Source of the DNA: an uncultured bacterium
Lineage (GTDB): Bacteria; Desulfobacterota; Deferrimicrobia; Deferrimicrobiales; Deferrimicrobiaceae
Assembly (NCBI GenBank): GCA_964612075.1
Contig: CAZTFC010000002.1
Span: 23,576-87,575 of the forward strand
Reading direction: 5' to 3'
Length of the DNA: 64,000 nucleotides
The translations under genes were made by a program, and so were the position numbers. The notes below the pieces were generated by a model. The model was not told where the DNA came from and did no database searches. It saw only the letters and a program-made list of their open reading frames with translations. Shown one piece after another: positions 1 through 9,446 of the stretch (the first letter of the stretch is position 1; each line of letters opens with the position of its first letter).

Positions 1-251
1 CCATCCAGCGGGAGATCTCCTACCCCGTCGTGGCGCGAAGGATGGGGTGGGAAGGGCGCGTGGTGGTCGCCTTCGTGATCCTCCCGGACGGCGGCGTCCG
101 CGATGTCCGCGTGGTCCGGGGATCCGGCTTCCCCGTCCTCGACCGCAGCGCCGTGGAGGCGGTCCGGTCGGCCTCCCCCTTCCCCCACCCGCCGGCGGAA
201 ACGGAAGTGCTCGCACCGGTCGTCTACCGGCTCGACGAAAACCCGAGGTGA
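1..251 (+). CDS. TonB C-terminal domain protein (3' part; 5' end lies outside the window)
   Basis: Open frame running in from the window edge; translation ...VVARRMGWEGRVVVAFVILPDGGVRDVRVVRGSGFPVLDRSAVEAVRSASPF is the typical TonB_C fold; stop at 249-251. Confidence 0.75.
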   Translation, partial: IQREISYPVVARRMGWEGRVVVAFVILPDGGVRDVRVVRGSGFPVLDRSAVEAVRSASPFPHPPAETEVLAPVVYRLDENPR

Positions 252-1900
252 ATCGATTGAGCCCCTCCTTCATCGAAGCCTTCCAGAACGATGAGCAGCC
301 GCTCCTCGAGCGGTTCCTGGCCGACGCGGAGGCGAACGGCCACCTGGGCCGCGCCCCGGCGGACCCGGAAGAATGGCGGCCGACGGTCCGGGGCGTCTCG
401 GGCTCCATCGCCCAGGCCTTCCGGTGCTCCGGGGAGCCGATCTCGCTCTCGTCGGAGGCGCTGGGGAAGGACAACGGGATCACCGCCTTCCTGGTCGTGG
501 AAGCGCGCAAGCGCCGGCTCGCCGGAATGCCCCTTTCGTCCTTCCTCGGTCTCGTGAAGCTTCTTCGCCGGGCGTACGTCGACCGGGTCCGGTCCTGCGG
601 CTTCCCGCCGAACGACGAAGGTCGCCACCGCCTTTTCATCGAGCGGTTCTTCGACCGGAACGAGGTCGCCGTCTGCGTGTCCTGGTCCACGGAGAGCAAC
701 CGCGAGCAGGAGGATACGCTGACCGGGATGCGGGACGAGCTCGCCCGGGTGCACGCCCTCGTCGCGGCCGCCAAGGAGGAGCTGGAGGCGACGATCGACT
801 GCCTCGACGCCATGATCCTCCTCTCCGACGCGAACGGGCGGATCCTGCGGTGCAACCGGGCCTTCCGCGAGTTCGCCGGCAGGCCGTACGAGGAGATCGT
901 CGGCCGCCCGTTCCTCCCGGCACTGGAGGAAACCGGCATGCCCCCCGTGGACGGCGGCAACCGGGCCGTGGAGCACTTCCACGAGCGGTCGGGCAGGTGG
1001 TTCGTCCTGCGCCTCTTCCCCTTCCGCGAGGAGCCCGGGGAAGAGCCCTCCGGCACGATCATCACCATCCGCGACATCACGGAGATCAAGGCCGCCGCCG
1101 CGGAGCTGGAGCGCGGCACCGCCGCGCTTTCGGAAGCGCTCGCGGGGCTGCGGAACGGTCAGGCGAAGCTGCTGGAGCAGGAGCGGCTGGCCGCCGCGGG
1201 GAGGATGGCGGCGGGGGTCGCGAAGGACATCGCGCGGCCGGTGGGCGTGATCGCCGGCAACCTGGCCACGCTGGGGAAACAGCTTCCGCGCCTGTCGGAG
1301 GCGGTCCGGCGCGGGCGGGAGGAGATCGACATCGATTATCTCCTCGAAGATTTGCGCAACCTGGTCGTGGAGACCCTGGAGGAGGCGGACCGCGTCCGCG
1401 ACTTCGCGGGCGAGCTTGCGCACTTTTCCCGGGCGGAGGAAGAGGAGTTCCGGCCCGCCGACCTCAACGAGTGCCTCCGCGACGCCATGCACGCCGTCCG
1501 GGAGCTGTTCAAGGGGAAGGCGACGCTGGACCGCCGGCTAGGGAACCTGCCCCCGACCCGCTGCCTGCCCGGCCGGATGACGCGGGTCTTCACGGATCTC
1601 CTCGCGGACGCCGCCCGCGCCGTCCGGGCGCCGGGGGTCGTCCGGGTCCGGTCGTGGCTCGAGGACGGCTCCATCCGCGTCTCCGTCGGCGACGCCGGGC
1701 GCGAGATCCCCGGAGAGATGCCGAGGCGCGTCTTCGAGCCGTTTTCCCGCGCGGGGGAAGACGGGACGACGGAGGAGGGGCTGGCTTTGAGCGTCGCCTA
1801 CGACATCGTCAGAAACCACGGCGGAGAGATAGAGGTAAGGAGCGGATCGGGGAAGGGAACGACGTTCGTCGTTACCGTCCCCCTGGTGAAGGGGGACTAG
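248..1900 (+). CDS. PAS-domain sensor histidine kinase
   Basis: PAS-like segment (ILRCNRAFREFAGRPYEEIVGRPF), coiled-coil, then HisKA/HATPase_c signature (GVAKDIARPVG ... GGEIEVRSGSGKGTTFVVTVPL). The start is placed at GTG 248 overlapping the TonB stop; the upstream part of listed ORF 47..1900 runs out of frame across TonB. Confidence 0.85.
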   Translation: MNRLSPSFIEAFQNDEQPLLERFLADAEANGHLGRAPADPEEWRPTVRGVSGSIAQAFRCSGEPISLSSEALGKDNGITAFLVVEARKRRLAGMPLSSFLGLVKLLRRAYVDRVRSCGFPPNDEGRHRLFIERFFDRNEVAVCVSWSTESNREQEDTLTGMRDELARVHALVAAAKEELEATIDCLDAMILLSDANGRILRCNRAFREFAGRPYEEIVGRPFLPALEETGMPPVDGGNRAVEHFHERSGRWFVLRLFPFREEPGEEPSGTIITIRDITEIKAAAAELERGTAALSEALAGLRNGQAKLLEQERLAAAGRMAAGVAKDIARPVGVIAGNLATLGKQLPRLSEAVRRGREEIDIDYLLEDLRNLVVETLEEADRVRDFAGELAHFSRAEEEEFRPADLNECLRDAMHAVRELFKGKATLDRRLGNLPPTRCLPGRMTRVFTDLLADAARAVRAPGVVRVRSWLEDGSIRVSVGDAGREIPGEMPRRVFEPFSRAGEDGTTEEGLALSVAYDIVRNHGGEIEVRSGSGKGTTFVVTVPLVKGD

Positions 1901-2949
1901 CTCCCCCAACGGACGCTGGGCTGCGCCCCCGGAACCTCCGTCACGTGCAGCACGAAGGGCTTCGTGTCCGGCATCCCGGCGAACCGGAGGTCGAAGAAGG
2001 TCACCTCCGTTCGCCCGCCGGCGCAGGAAACCTCGGCGGAGGGGAACCGGGCGAACCAGAGGTACGTCTCGACGTCCTGCATCCCCCGCAACGCGCGCAC
2101 CTCGGGCACCTCCGCGCCGTGGAGCGCCTTCTGCTTCCAGGAAACGCGCCCCGTCAGCGGCTCGATCACCGCGCGGTGATACGCGCTGCCGTCGTCGACG
2201 AAGCCGTTCCAGGCGAAGGGGCCCGCGGGGAACGGGATCTGCTTCTGGCGACGGAGGCGGTCCACGACCTTTTCGACCGGGGACGGCATCTCGAACGCAA
2301 CGGCCGTGGAGACGAAGGCGAAGCGTTCCGGGGACGGCAGGTCGACGTACGGGAGCATCGGCAGCGCCTGCGCGGAGACCACCGTCACGCCGTCCCGCAG
2401 CGCCGCGTCGCGAACGGCGTCCCGGGCCCCGGCGTGGAACAGCGCCGCGACGCCCACGTAAGCGGCCAGCACCGCGATCGATGCGCGCGCCCGGAGCGGC
2501 TCGCGCCGCGACAAGGCGATCCCGGCGACGATGATCCCCGTGAAGACCAGGTCCACGACGAAAAGGATGTCCAGCGAAAGGCGCGCGTCGGAGAAGGGAA
2601 GGAGGAGCTGCGTGCCGTAGGAGTTGAGCAGGTCGAGCAGCACGTGGGAGAACTGCCCCAGCACGGCCAGCAGGAATACCGCCCTGCGGTCCTTCCATTT
2701 CCCGAAGCGGGCGAAGAGGAGCGCCAGGACGAAAGAGGTCGCGAGGACCCCGGGCAGCGAATGGGAAAGCCCCCGGTGAATCCGCACGTACATCTCGCTT
2801 CCCAGCAGGGAGGCGACGTTGTCGGCGTCGGGCAGCATCGCGGCCAGCGAAACGACCGCCGTCGCGGTCTTCGGGTGGCCCCCCTTCCATTTTTCCGGGA
2901 GCGCCCGGGCGACGAGCCATCCGGTCAGGCCGTGCGTGACGGTGTCCAT
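1897..2949 (-). CDS. membrane-bound metal-dependent hydrolase (YdjM/DUF457-like)
   Basis: 350-aa ORF with multiple TM helices in the N-terminal half and HxxxD/H-rich motifs typical of LexA-regulated inner-membrane hydrolases; convergent 4-nt overlap with the kinase stop. Confidence 0.7.
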   Translation of the reverse strand: MDTVTHGLTGWLVARALPEKWKGGHPKTATAVVSLAAMLPDADNVASLLGSEMYVRIHRGLSHSLPGVLATSFVLALLFARFGKWKDRRAVFLLAVLGQFSHVLLDLLNSYGTQLLLPFSDARLSLDILFVVDLVFTGIIVAGIALSRREPLRARASIAVLAAYVGVAALFHAGARDAVRDAALRDGVTVVSAQALPMLPYVDLPSPERFAFVSTAVAFEMPSPVEKVVDRLRRQKQIPFPAGPFAWNGFVDDGSAYHRAVIEPLTGRVSWKQKALHGAEVPEVRALRGMQDVETYLWFARFPSAEVSCAGGRTEVTFFDLRFAGMPDTKPFVLHVTEVPGAQPSVRWGS

Positions 2950-2952
2950 GCG

Positions 2953-4332
2953 TCAGATCATCTTCCGCGGGTCGAGCACGTCGTCGATCTCTTCCGCGGA
3001 AAGCTCTCCTTTTTCGACGAGAAGCTGCCGGATGGTCTTCCCGGTCCGATAAGCCTCTTTTGCAAGCTTATCGGCAGCATTATAGCCGATCTTTACAGAA
3101 AGAGGAGTGATTATCGACAAGCTCCGCTCGATCAGCTCCTCGCAGCGCTTTTCGTCCGGCACGATCCCCCGCACGCAACGAGCCGCCGCAAGGGACGAGG
3201 CGGAAGACAGAAGCGCCAGCGATTCCAGCACGTTTCGGCCCATCAAGGGGAGCATGACGTTCAGCTCCAGGACGCCCAGAGACCCCCCGATCGTCACCGC
3301 GGCGTCGTTCCCGATCACCTGCGCCGCGACCTGGATCGCCACCTCGAGAACAACCGGGTTCACTTTGCCGGGCATGATCGAGGAGCCCGGCTGCAGCGAC
3401 GGAAGCTCGATCTCCCCGATGCCGCACCTTGGCCCCGAGGAGAGGAGGCGCAGGTCCTGGGCGATCTTCAGCAGCGAGGCCGCGACCCCTTTCATCGCGC
3501 CGCTGGCGGCCACCAGCGGGTCCTGCGCCCCCATCGCCTCGAACCGGTTCTCCGCCTCTCGGAACGGGATCCCCGTCGACCGGGCGATCTCCGCGATCGC
3601 CCGCCGGGCGAAGTCGGGGTGGGCGTTCAATCCCGTCCCGACGGCGGTCCCCCCCAGGGGAAGCTCCTCGAGGTCCGGAAAAACCGCCCTCACGCGCCGG
3701 ATGCCGTGGTCGACCTGGGAAGCGTACCCCGAGAACTCCTGGCCCAGCGTGACGGGAACGGCGTCCTGCAGGTGGGTCCTCCCGATCTTTAAGACGCCGG
3801 AGAACGCCTCCGCTTTTTCGCGCAGCGCGTCCCGGAGCTCCTCCAGCGCGGGAAGAAGCCGGGCCGACATCTCCCCCCGCACGGCGATCCGGATCGCCGA
3901 GGGGATGACGTCGTTGCTCGACTGGCAGCGGTTCACGTGGTCGTTCGGGTGCACGGGGACGTACCCGCCCAGCGACGCGCCCAGCAGCTCGTTCGCGCGG
4001 TTGGCCAGCACCTCGTTCACGTTCATGTTCGTCGAGGTGCCGGAGCCCGTCTGGAATACGCCCACGATGAACTGGTCGTCGTGCTTCCCCTCGAGCACCT
4101 CCCGCGCGGCCCGGGAAACCGCCTCCGCACTCGCGGAAGGGAGGATCCCGAGCGATCCGTTGACCTCCGCCGCCGCCCCCTTGATCCGCGCGACGGCGTG
4201 CACCACGGGAAGCGGCATCCGCTCGGCGCTCACGGGCAGGTTGTCCGCCGCCCTCCGCGTCTGCGCCCCGTAGTAGGCCTTCGCGGGCACCCGGACCTCT
4301 CCCATCGTATCCTTCTCGACACGGTATTCCAT
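2953..4332 (-). CDS. aspA: aspartate ammonia-lyase / class II fumarase family lyase
   Basis: Signature GSSIMPGKVNPVVLE, TGSGTSTNMNVNEVLANRA and KIGRTHLQDAVPVTLGQEF. The sequence mixes aspartase-like (KVNPVV) and fumarase-like motifs. Start chosen at MEYRVEKDTMGEV. Confidence 0.85.
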   Translation of the reverse strand: MEYRVEKDTMGEVRVPAKAYYGAQTRRAADNLPVSAERMPLPVVHAVARIKGAAAEVNGSLGILPSASAEAVSRAAREVLEGKHDDQFIVGVFQTGSGTSTNMNVNEVLANRANELLGASLGGYVPVHPNDHVNRCQSSNDVIPSAIRIAVRGEMSARLLPALEELRDALREKAEAFSGVLKIGRTHLQDAVPVTLGQEFSGYASQVDHGIRRVRAVFPDLEELPLGGTAVGTGLNAHPDFARRAIAEIARSTGIPFREAENRFEAMGAQDPLVAASGAMKGVAASLLKIAQDLRLLSSGPRCGIGEIELPSLQPGSSIMPGKVNPVVLEVAIQVAAQVIGNDAAVTIGGSLGVLELNVMLPLMGRNVLESLALLSSASSLAAARCVRGIVPDEKRCEELIERSLSIITPLSVKIGYNAADKLAKEAYRTGKTIRQLLVEKGELSAEEIDDVLDPRKMI

Positions 4333-4563
4333 TCGCGCCGCCCCTCCCAAAGAAGGTCTTTGCCAATGTATCACATGGACGATCCCCGTATTCATGCGGG
4401 TCCGCACGCCGATGGCCCGGAAGCGGCGACGGGTTCGGCCGGCGGGACGCCGCCCACGCCTTCGTCCAGCAGGACACCAAAAAACAAAACATGGTTATGA
4501 TATAAAAAAATAACTAGAATCAACCATATAATACCCAATAATTCGGGGTATATTCAACCCGTA

Positions 4564-4592
4564 TTGACAAAACAAACAACGTGCTATTTAAT
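4564..4592 (+). promoter_or_regulatory. candidate sigma70-type promoter (TTGACA-N17-TTTAAT) upstream of the SulP transporter
   Basis: TTGACA at 4564-4569, 17-bp spacer, TTTAAT at 4587-4592, inside the only AT-rich spacer in the region (4408-4630); ~40 bp upstream of the ATG at 4631. Confidence 0.35.
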
Positions 4593-4630
4593 GTTTTATA
4601 TTTATCGCCGGGAAGACAGGAGCGGATCGG

Positions 4631-6940
4631 ATGGAGAGATCGACCCCGGAAATCCCCTCGACGAAGGCCGTGGAAAAGCCGGAAAACGGCATCCGCGGGC
4701 TGAAACACTGGAAGCACGACCTGCTGGCGGGCGCCCAGGTCTCTCTCGTCTCGCTCCCGATGTCGCTGGGCGTCGCGATCGCGTCCGGCGCTCCCCCCGT
4801 CACGGGGATCATCTCCTCCGTCATCGCCGGCCTGGTGTACCCGTTCATCGGCGGCGCCTACGTCACGATCAGCGGCCCGGCCGCCGGCCTCGCCCCGGCC
4901 CTCCTGGGCGGAATGCTGGTCCTCGGCCACGGGAACCTGGACGCGGGATACCCCCTCCTCCTCGTCGCGATCTGCCTCGCGGGGATCCTCCAGATCGCCC
5001 TGGCGTTCCTGCGGGCCGGGCGCTTCGCGATCTTCTTCCCGCAGACGGTGGTGGAAGCGATGCTTGCCGCGATCGGGCTCATCATCATCATCAAGCAGTT
5101 CCCGCTGCTGCTCGGCGTGATCGAGCCGCCCAGGAAGACGATCGTCTCGTCGCTATCGGCGCTGCCCGACCAGGTCGCGCTAATGAATCCGAAAGTCCTG
5201 CTGATCGGGGCCGTGTCCACCTTCCTGATCTTTTTCCTGAGCCTGACGGAGAATCGACGGCTCAAGCTCGTCCCCGCCCCGCTGGCGGTCGTCGTCGTCG
5301 GCGGCGCGATGGGCGCCATGCTCGGGATCGGCCCGGAGCACCTGATCCATATCCCCGCCACCATGCTCGACAGCATCCGGCTGCCGGCGTTCGGAGAGGT
5401 GGCGTCCAGCCCGGACCTGTGGTGGGCGGTCGCCACGATCGTGATCACGCTGACGCTGATCGACGGCATCGAGTCGCTCGCCACGATCCAGGCGGTCGAC
5501 GGGATCGACCCCTGGCGGCGGAAGTCCGACCCGAACCGGACGCTGGGGGCGATGGGGCTTTCGAACCTGGTCTCGAGCCTGGTCGGCGGGCTGACGATCA
5601 TCCCCGGGGGCCTCAAGAGCCGGCTGAACGTCGACGCGGGGGGCCGCACCCTCTGGTCGAACTTCGCCAACGCGGTCTTCCTGCTCGTTTACTTCTTCCT
5701 GTTGAGCCCCCTGCTCAACCGGATCCCCCTCGCGACGCTCGCCGGCATCATCGTGTTCATCGGCTGGCGGCTCTGCGAGCCGCGGGTCTTCCGGCGCGCC
5801 TTCGAGACCGGCCAGGACCAGTTCCTCGTCTTCGTCGCGACGGTCGCGGCGATCCTGGCCACGGACCTGCTCTCGGGGATCATCATCGGGTTTCTCTTCT
5901 ACACTCTGATGCTGCTCGCCCTGATCCCGCCGTACACGAAGGACGTGCTGACCGGCCAGGTGAGATACGGCGAGTTCGCCCGCCTCATGCGGGACAATTT
6001 CCTGGAGCTGTTCCGGACGCCGGTCCTGGCCGTGAACGAGGGCGGGACGGGAGACGGAAGGCGGTGCGAGATCCAGCTCACCTCCCTGTTCAACACGAAC
6101 CTCCTGAAGCTCGAAAGCGCCCTCAAGAAAGTGCCGGCCGACGCCGGCGTCACCTTCACGCTCTCGCGGACCGGGAAGATGATCTGCAACACGGCGATGG
6201 AGTACCTCCACCACTTCCAGGAGCAGGCGGTGGAGAAGGGGAGGAAATGCGAGATCCTCGGGCTCGACCATTACCACCCGTTCTCGGACCACCCGAACGC
6301 GGCGAGAAAGCACGTTCGCCATCTCGCCAAGCGGAAGACGCTGTACGACGCGCGGCAGAGCGGGATGATCGAATTCGCGCAGCGGCACGGCCTTGCGTTC
6401 TCCCCCTCACAGGAGCCGTGCCTCAACGAGCACCGGTTCGCCTACCTGAACCTGGGCTCGGACCGGATGCGGCGCAACACGATCACCGGGCGGCACCGGG
6501 ACATGGACCTTGAGATATTCGATTACAGCTTCCTGCGGGACCCCATGAGCTACGTCGAGACGCGCCGCACGGTCGCCATCGTCAAGACGCCGCTCGCCGC
6601 CCCCGTTTTCTTCCTCCACCCCGAGGGGCACGGGCTGGCCCGATACACGGACGTCGACCCGGGGTACAACCGGTCGAGGAACCTGGCGGAGGGAATCCCC
6701 CTCCTGGACGGCTTCCACCTGCACGCGGTCGACGAGAAAGCGGCGCTGGACTTCTTCTCCCGGGGGGAGCGTCTCCACTTCTGCCGTCGGCAGACGAAGC
6801 TCTACGTCGAGGCCCGCGGCGGCGTGATCCTCGCGTTCCGGACCGACCGGTGCCTGGAGCATGTCGGCGACCTCCCCGTGCTCCTGGAGATCGCGGAGCG
6901 GTTCGGTCGCGAGGGTGTTCCCGACGGCTCGGCGCCGTAG
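4631..6940 (+). CDS. SulP-family (SLC26) anion transporter with STAS domain and an extra ~170-aa C-terminal domain
   Basis: N-terminal SulP core (LKHWKHDLLAGAQVSLVSLPMSLGVAIASGAPPVTGI...), STAS-like region, then an unusual C-terminal extension; 769 aa versus the usual ~500-560. Confidence 0.9.
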   Translation: MERSTPEIPSTKAVEKPENGIRGLKHWKHDLLAGAQVSLVSLPMSLGVAIASGAPPVTGIISSVIAGLVYPFIGGAYVTISGPAAGLAPALLGGMLVLGHGNLDAGYPLLLVAICLAGILQIALAFLRAGRFAIFFPQTVVEAMLAAIGLIIIIKQFPLLLGVIEPPRKTIVSSLSALPDQVALMNPKVLLIGAVSTFLIFFLSLTENRRLKLVPAPLAVVVVGGAMGAMLGIGPEHLIHIPATMLDSIRLPAFGEVASSPDLWWAVATIVITLTLIDGIESLATIQAVDGIDPWRRKSDPNRTLGAMGLSNLVSSLVGGLTIIPGGLKSRLNVDAGGRTLWSNFANAVFLLVYFFLLSPLLNRIPLATLAGIIVFIGWRLCEPRVFRRAFETGQDQFLVFVATVAAILATDLLSGIIIGFLFYTLMLLALIPPYTKDVLTGQVRYGEFARLMRDNFLELFRTPVLAVNEGGTGDGRRCEIQLTSLFNTNLLKLESALKKVPADAGVTFTLSRTGKMICNTAMEYLHHFQEQAVEKGRKCEILGLDHYHPFSDHPNAARKHVRHLAKRKTLYDARQSGMIEFAQRHGLAFSPSQEPCLNEHRFAYLNLGSDRMRRNTITGRHRDMDLEIFDYSFLRDPMSYVETRRTVAIVKTPLAAPVFFLHPEGHGLARYTDVDPGYNRSRNLAEGIPLLDGFHLHAVDEKAALDFFSRGERLHFCRRQTKLYVEARGGVILAFRTDRCLEHVGDLPVLLEIAERFGREGVPDGSAP

Positions 6941-7102
6941 GCGGCCCCGGCCCACATCGGTATCATTGACACCGTTCGATTCCCGTCGGATGATATCGGA
7001 AAATCCCGATTCAGGCATCGCACCCCACCGTACCCGACGTCCGTAAACCATCTACCAGCCGGCGGTCCCGAGTTTCGCCGGAAACCACGGGAGAGGCGAC
7101 GG

Positions 7103-7807
7103 ATGACGAAAAAAACCGCCTTCTGGATTTTCCTTCTGGGAACGCTGTCCTCGTCGGTCCTTTTCCTGGGGCTGACGTGGGACACCCACCGCCAGGTGGC
7201 GACGCTGGCCAACGTGGACAAGCTCTCCGACCAGGCCGTCGCCGGGAAACGCACCTTCGAAAAGCACAACTGCAACGACTGCCACACGATCCTGGGTTTC
7301 GGGGGGTACTACGCCCCCGACCTGACCCGGGTGGTCCGGCGGGTCGGCGAGGAGGGGATCCGCTTCCGGGTGACGTCTCCCGAAAAGGCGTTCGAGCGAT
7401 CATTCCGGAAGATGCCGCACCAGGGACTTTCGGAGGGGGAGATCTCCGATCTCATCGCCTTCTTCCGGTGGGTGGGGGAGGTGAACAACAACGACTGGCC
7501 ACCGCAGGACAGCCGGAAGCGCCTCACGCGGGGCGAACAGCGGATGGTGGCGGCGGTGGGACTTTCCCCGGGCGCGGCGGTCTTCCAGTCGAAGGGGTGC
7601 ATGAACTGCCACGCGCTGCGGGGGACGGGCGGGACGTTCGGGCCCGCGCTGGACCGGGTCGGCGCGGCGATGTCGGAAACGGAGATCCGGGCCTATGTCC
7701 TGGATCCCGCGAAAGCGAACCCCGACACCAAAATGCCCCCCCAGAAGGACAACCTCTCGGAACGGGAACTGGAGGAGGTCTCCAGGTTCCTCTCCACCCT
7801 GAAGTAA
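7103..7807 (+). CDS. norC: nitric oxide reductase subunit C fused to an additional C-terminal class I cytochrome c domain (diheme)
   Basis: N-terminal TM anchor; first ~145 aa align with NorC (CNDCH heme motif, NNNDWPPQ tail); second domain has CMNCH and a KMPP Met ligand. Immediately precedes norB. Confidence 0.85.
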   Translation: MTKKTAFWIFLLGTLSSSVLFLGLTWDTHRQVATLANVDKLSDQAVAGKRTFEKHNCNDCHTILGFGGYYAPDLTRVVRRVGEEGIRFRVTSPEKAFERSFRKMPHQGLSEGEISDLIAFFRWVGEVNNNDWPPQDSRKRLTRGEQRMVAAVGLSPGAAVFQSKGCMNCHALRGTGGTFGPALDRVGAAMSETEIRAYVLDPAKANPDTKMPPQKDNLSERELEEVSRFLSTLK

Positions 7808-7817
7808 GGAGGCCCCG

Positions 7818-9146
7818 ATGGAATACCGTTCCCAGAAGATCGCCTATTGGTACTTCGTCGCCGCCCTCCCGCTTTTCGTGCTCCAGGTCCTGCTGGGGCT
7901 GTGGCTCGGATACAACTACGCGTTCACCGTCCCGCAATGGATCGTGGACGCATTCCCGTTCTCGACGGCGCGCGCCATGCACACCAACCTCCTTGTCCTG
8001 TGGATGCTGCTCGGGTTCATGGGGGGAACCTACTACATCGTTCCCGAGGAAACGAAGTCCGAGATCTACTCCCCCGCCCTGGCGTGGCTCCAGCTGGCCG
8101 CGCTGCTGGCGACGGGGGTGGCGGCGCTGGTCGGCTTCCTCTTCGGATGGACCCAGGGACGCCCGCTCCTCGAGATCCCGACGGCGCTCGACATCGTCGT
8201 GGTCGCCGGGGCGCTCGTCTTCCTGTTCAACGTCGGGATGACGATGATCCGGGCCCGGAACTGGACGGCCATCCAGGGCACGCTGCTCGGGGGGCTTCTC
8301 TTCCTCGCGCTGCTGTATCTGTTCGGCATCCCGTTCTACCGGAACCTCGTCATCGACTGGTACTACTGGTGGTGGGTGATCCACCTCTGGGTGGAGGGGG
8401 CGTGGGAGCTGGTCACGGCGGCCATCTTCGCCTTCATCCTCATGAAGATCACCGGGGTGGACCGCCAGGTCGTCGAGAAGTGGCTCTACGTCGAGATCGG
8501 GCTGTTCCTCTTCACGGGCGTCGCCGGCACCGGCCACCACTACTACTGGATCGGCGCCCCGAGGTACTGGCTGTGGGTCGGCGGGATCTTCTCCGCCCTC
8601 GAGCCGCTGCCGATCATCCTCATGGTGATCGACACGATGAACCATGTGAAGAAGCGGGAGGCGCAAATCGTCAACCCGCTCACCTGGACGTACGCGATCG
8701 GGTGCGCGGTGCTGCACCTCATCGGGGCGGGCGTCTGGGGATTCCTGCACACCCTGCCGCAGATCAACTATTACACCCACGGCTCCCAGGTCACCGTTTC
8801 GCACGGACACCTCGCGTTCTTCGGCGCCTACGCGCTGCTGAACCTGACCATCTTCTATTACGCGATGCCGAGGGTGAAGGGGATCGCGGTGTACGACGAC
8901 TCCCGCGGGAAGATCGGATTCTGGACGATGTGCATCGCCATGATGATCATGGGGCTGACGTTCGGAGTCGCCGGTGTGCTGCAGAGCTACATCGAGAGGG
9001 TCCTCGGGCTGGGGTACATGACCGCCCAGGGGCACATGCGGCTCTGGATGGGCGTCACCATGGCCGCGGGCGTGTTCTTCCTCGGAGGGCTTCTCACCAC
9101 CGTCTGGGACCTGTTCACCGTGCGGCCGGCCGTGGCGCGGACGTAG
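7818..9146 (+). CDS. norB: nitric oxide reductase large subunit, cNOR type (heme-copper oxidase superfamily)
   Basis: 12-TM protein with the cNOR hallmark motifs HLWVEGAWE (conserved glutamates), GTGHHYYW and VSHGHLAFFGAY. Confidence 0.92.
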   Translation: MEYRSQKIAYWYFVAALPLFVLQVLLGLWLGYNYAFTVPQWIVDAFPFSTARAMHTNLLVLWMLLGFMGGTYYIVPEETKSEIYSPALAWLQLAALLATGVAALVGFLFGWTQGRPLLEIPTALDIVVVAGALVFLFNVGMTMIRARNWTAIQGTLLGGLLFLALLYLFGIPFYRNLVIDWYYWWWVIHLWVEGAWELVTAAIFAFILMKITGVDRQVVEKWLYVEIGLFLFTGVAGTGHHYYWIGAPRYWLWVGGIFSALEPLPIILMVIDTMNHVKKREAQIVNPLTWTYAIGCAVLHLIGAGVWGFLHTLPQINYYTHGSQVTVSHGHLAFFGAYALLNLTIFYYAMPRVKGIAVYDDSRGKIGFWTMCIAMMIMGLTFGVAGVLQSYIERVLGLGYMTAQGHMRLWMGVTMAAGVFFLGGLLTTVWDLFTVRPAVART

Positions 9147-9446
9147 GCCTCTCCTCTTCCCCCAGGGGGCCGGCCCCTCGACGCCCGTCAAGGAACCGGT
9201 CCCCCTTCCGGGGGACAATCCTCCGCATGTACCGGTAACCCCGACCCCGGGAACCCGGCAGCGCGGAAGTCTCCGACGGACCGCTACACCAAAGGCTTCG
9301 TGGCCGCGACCGCCCCGCGGAAAGGCCCGATCGGCCCGGAGCAGAACATCGGGGACATCCTCAAGACATATCCCGAGACAGAGAGGGTCCAACGGAAGTA
9401 TTATGGGAACGGCTGCTTTTGCTGAAAAGAGCCACCGGAGGAAGAA

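Noticed and set aside
373-3792. 1139-aa plus-strand ORF, the 422-aa minus ORF 224..1492, and similar very long Arg/Gly/Pro/Asp-rich ORFs throughout (e.g. 10443..11708, 12823..14337, 14843..16588, 19734..20627, 24679..25080, 32529..34364, 34652..35710, 52643..54085, 54043..56028, 60092..61066, 61377..63275)
   Set aside because: These overlap, out of frame or antisense, genes with strong conserved-domain signatures. Their translations are low-complexity RGPD-rich strings typical of alternative frames in ~70% GC DNA. None has a recognisable domain.
2953-4407. Calling the lyase specifically fumarase C (fumC) and using the ORF-table start at 4407
   Set aside because: Signature residues are mixed: KVNPVV is aspartase-like while TGSGT.SNMN is fumarase-like. 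The call is left as aspartase/fumarase family with aspA as a tentative symbol. The first 25 listed codons precede the conserved MEYRVEKDTMG N-terminus, so the start was moved to 4332.
9147-9299. Treating the open frame after norB as a C-terminal extension of NorB by stop-codon read-through
   Set aside because: norB ends with an in-frame TAG at 9144-9146 and the protein is already full length with all cNOR motifs. The downstream open frame is better explained as a separate small redox-domain gene, a selenoprotein or a pseudogene (see findings).
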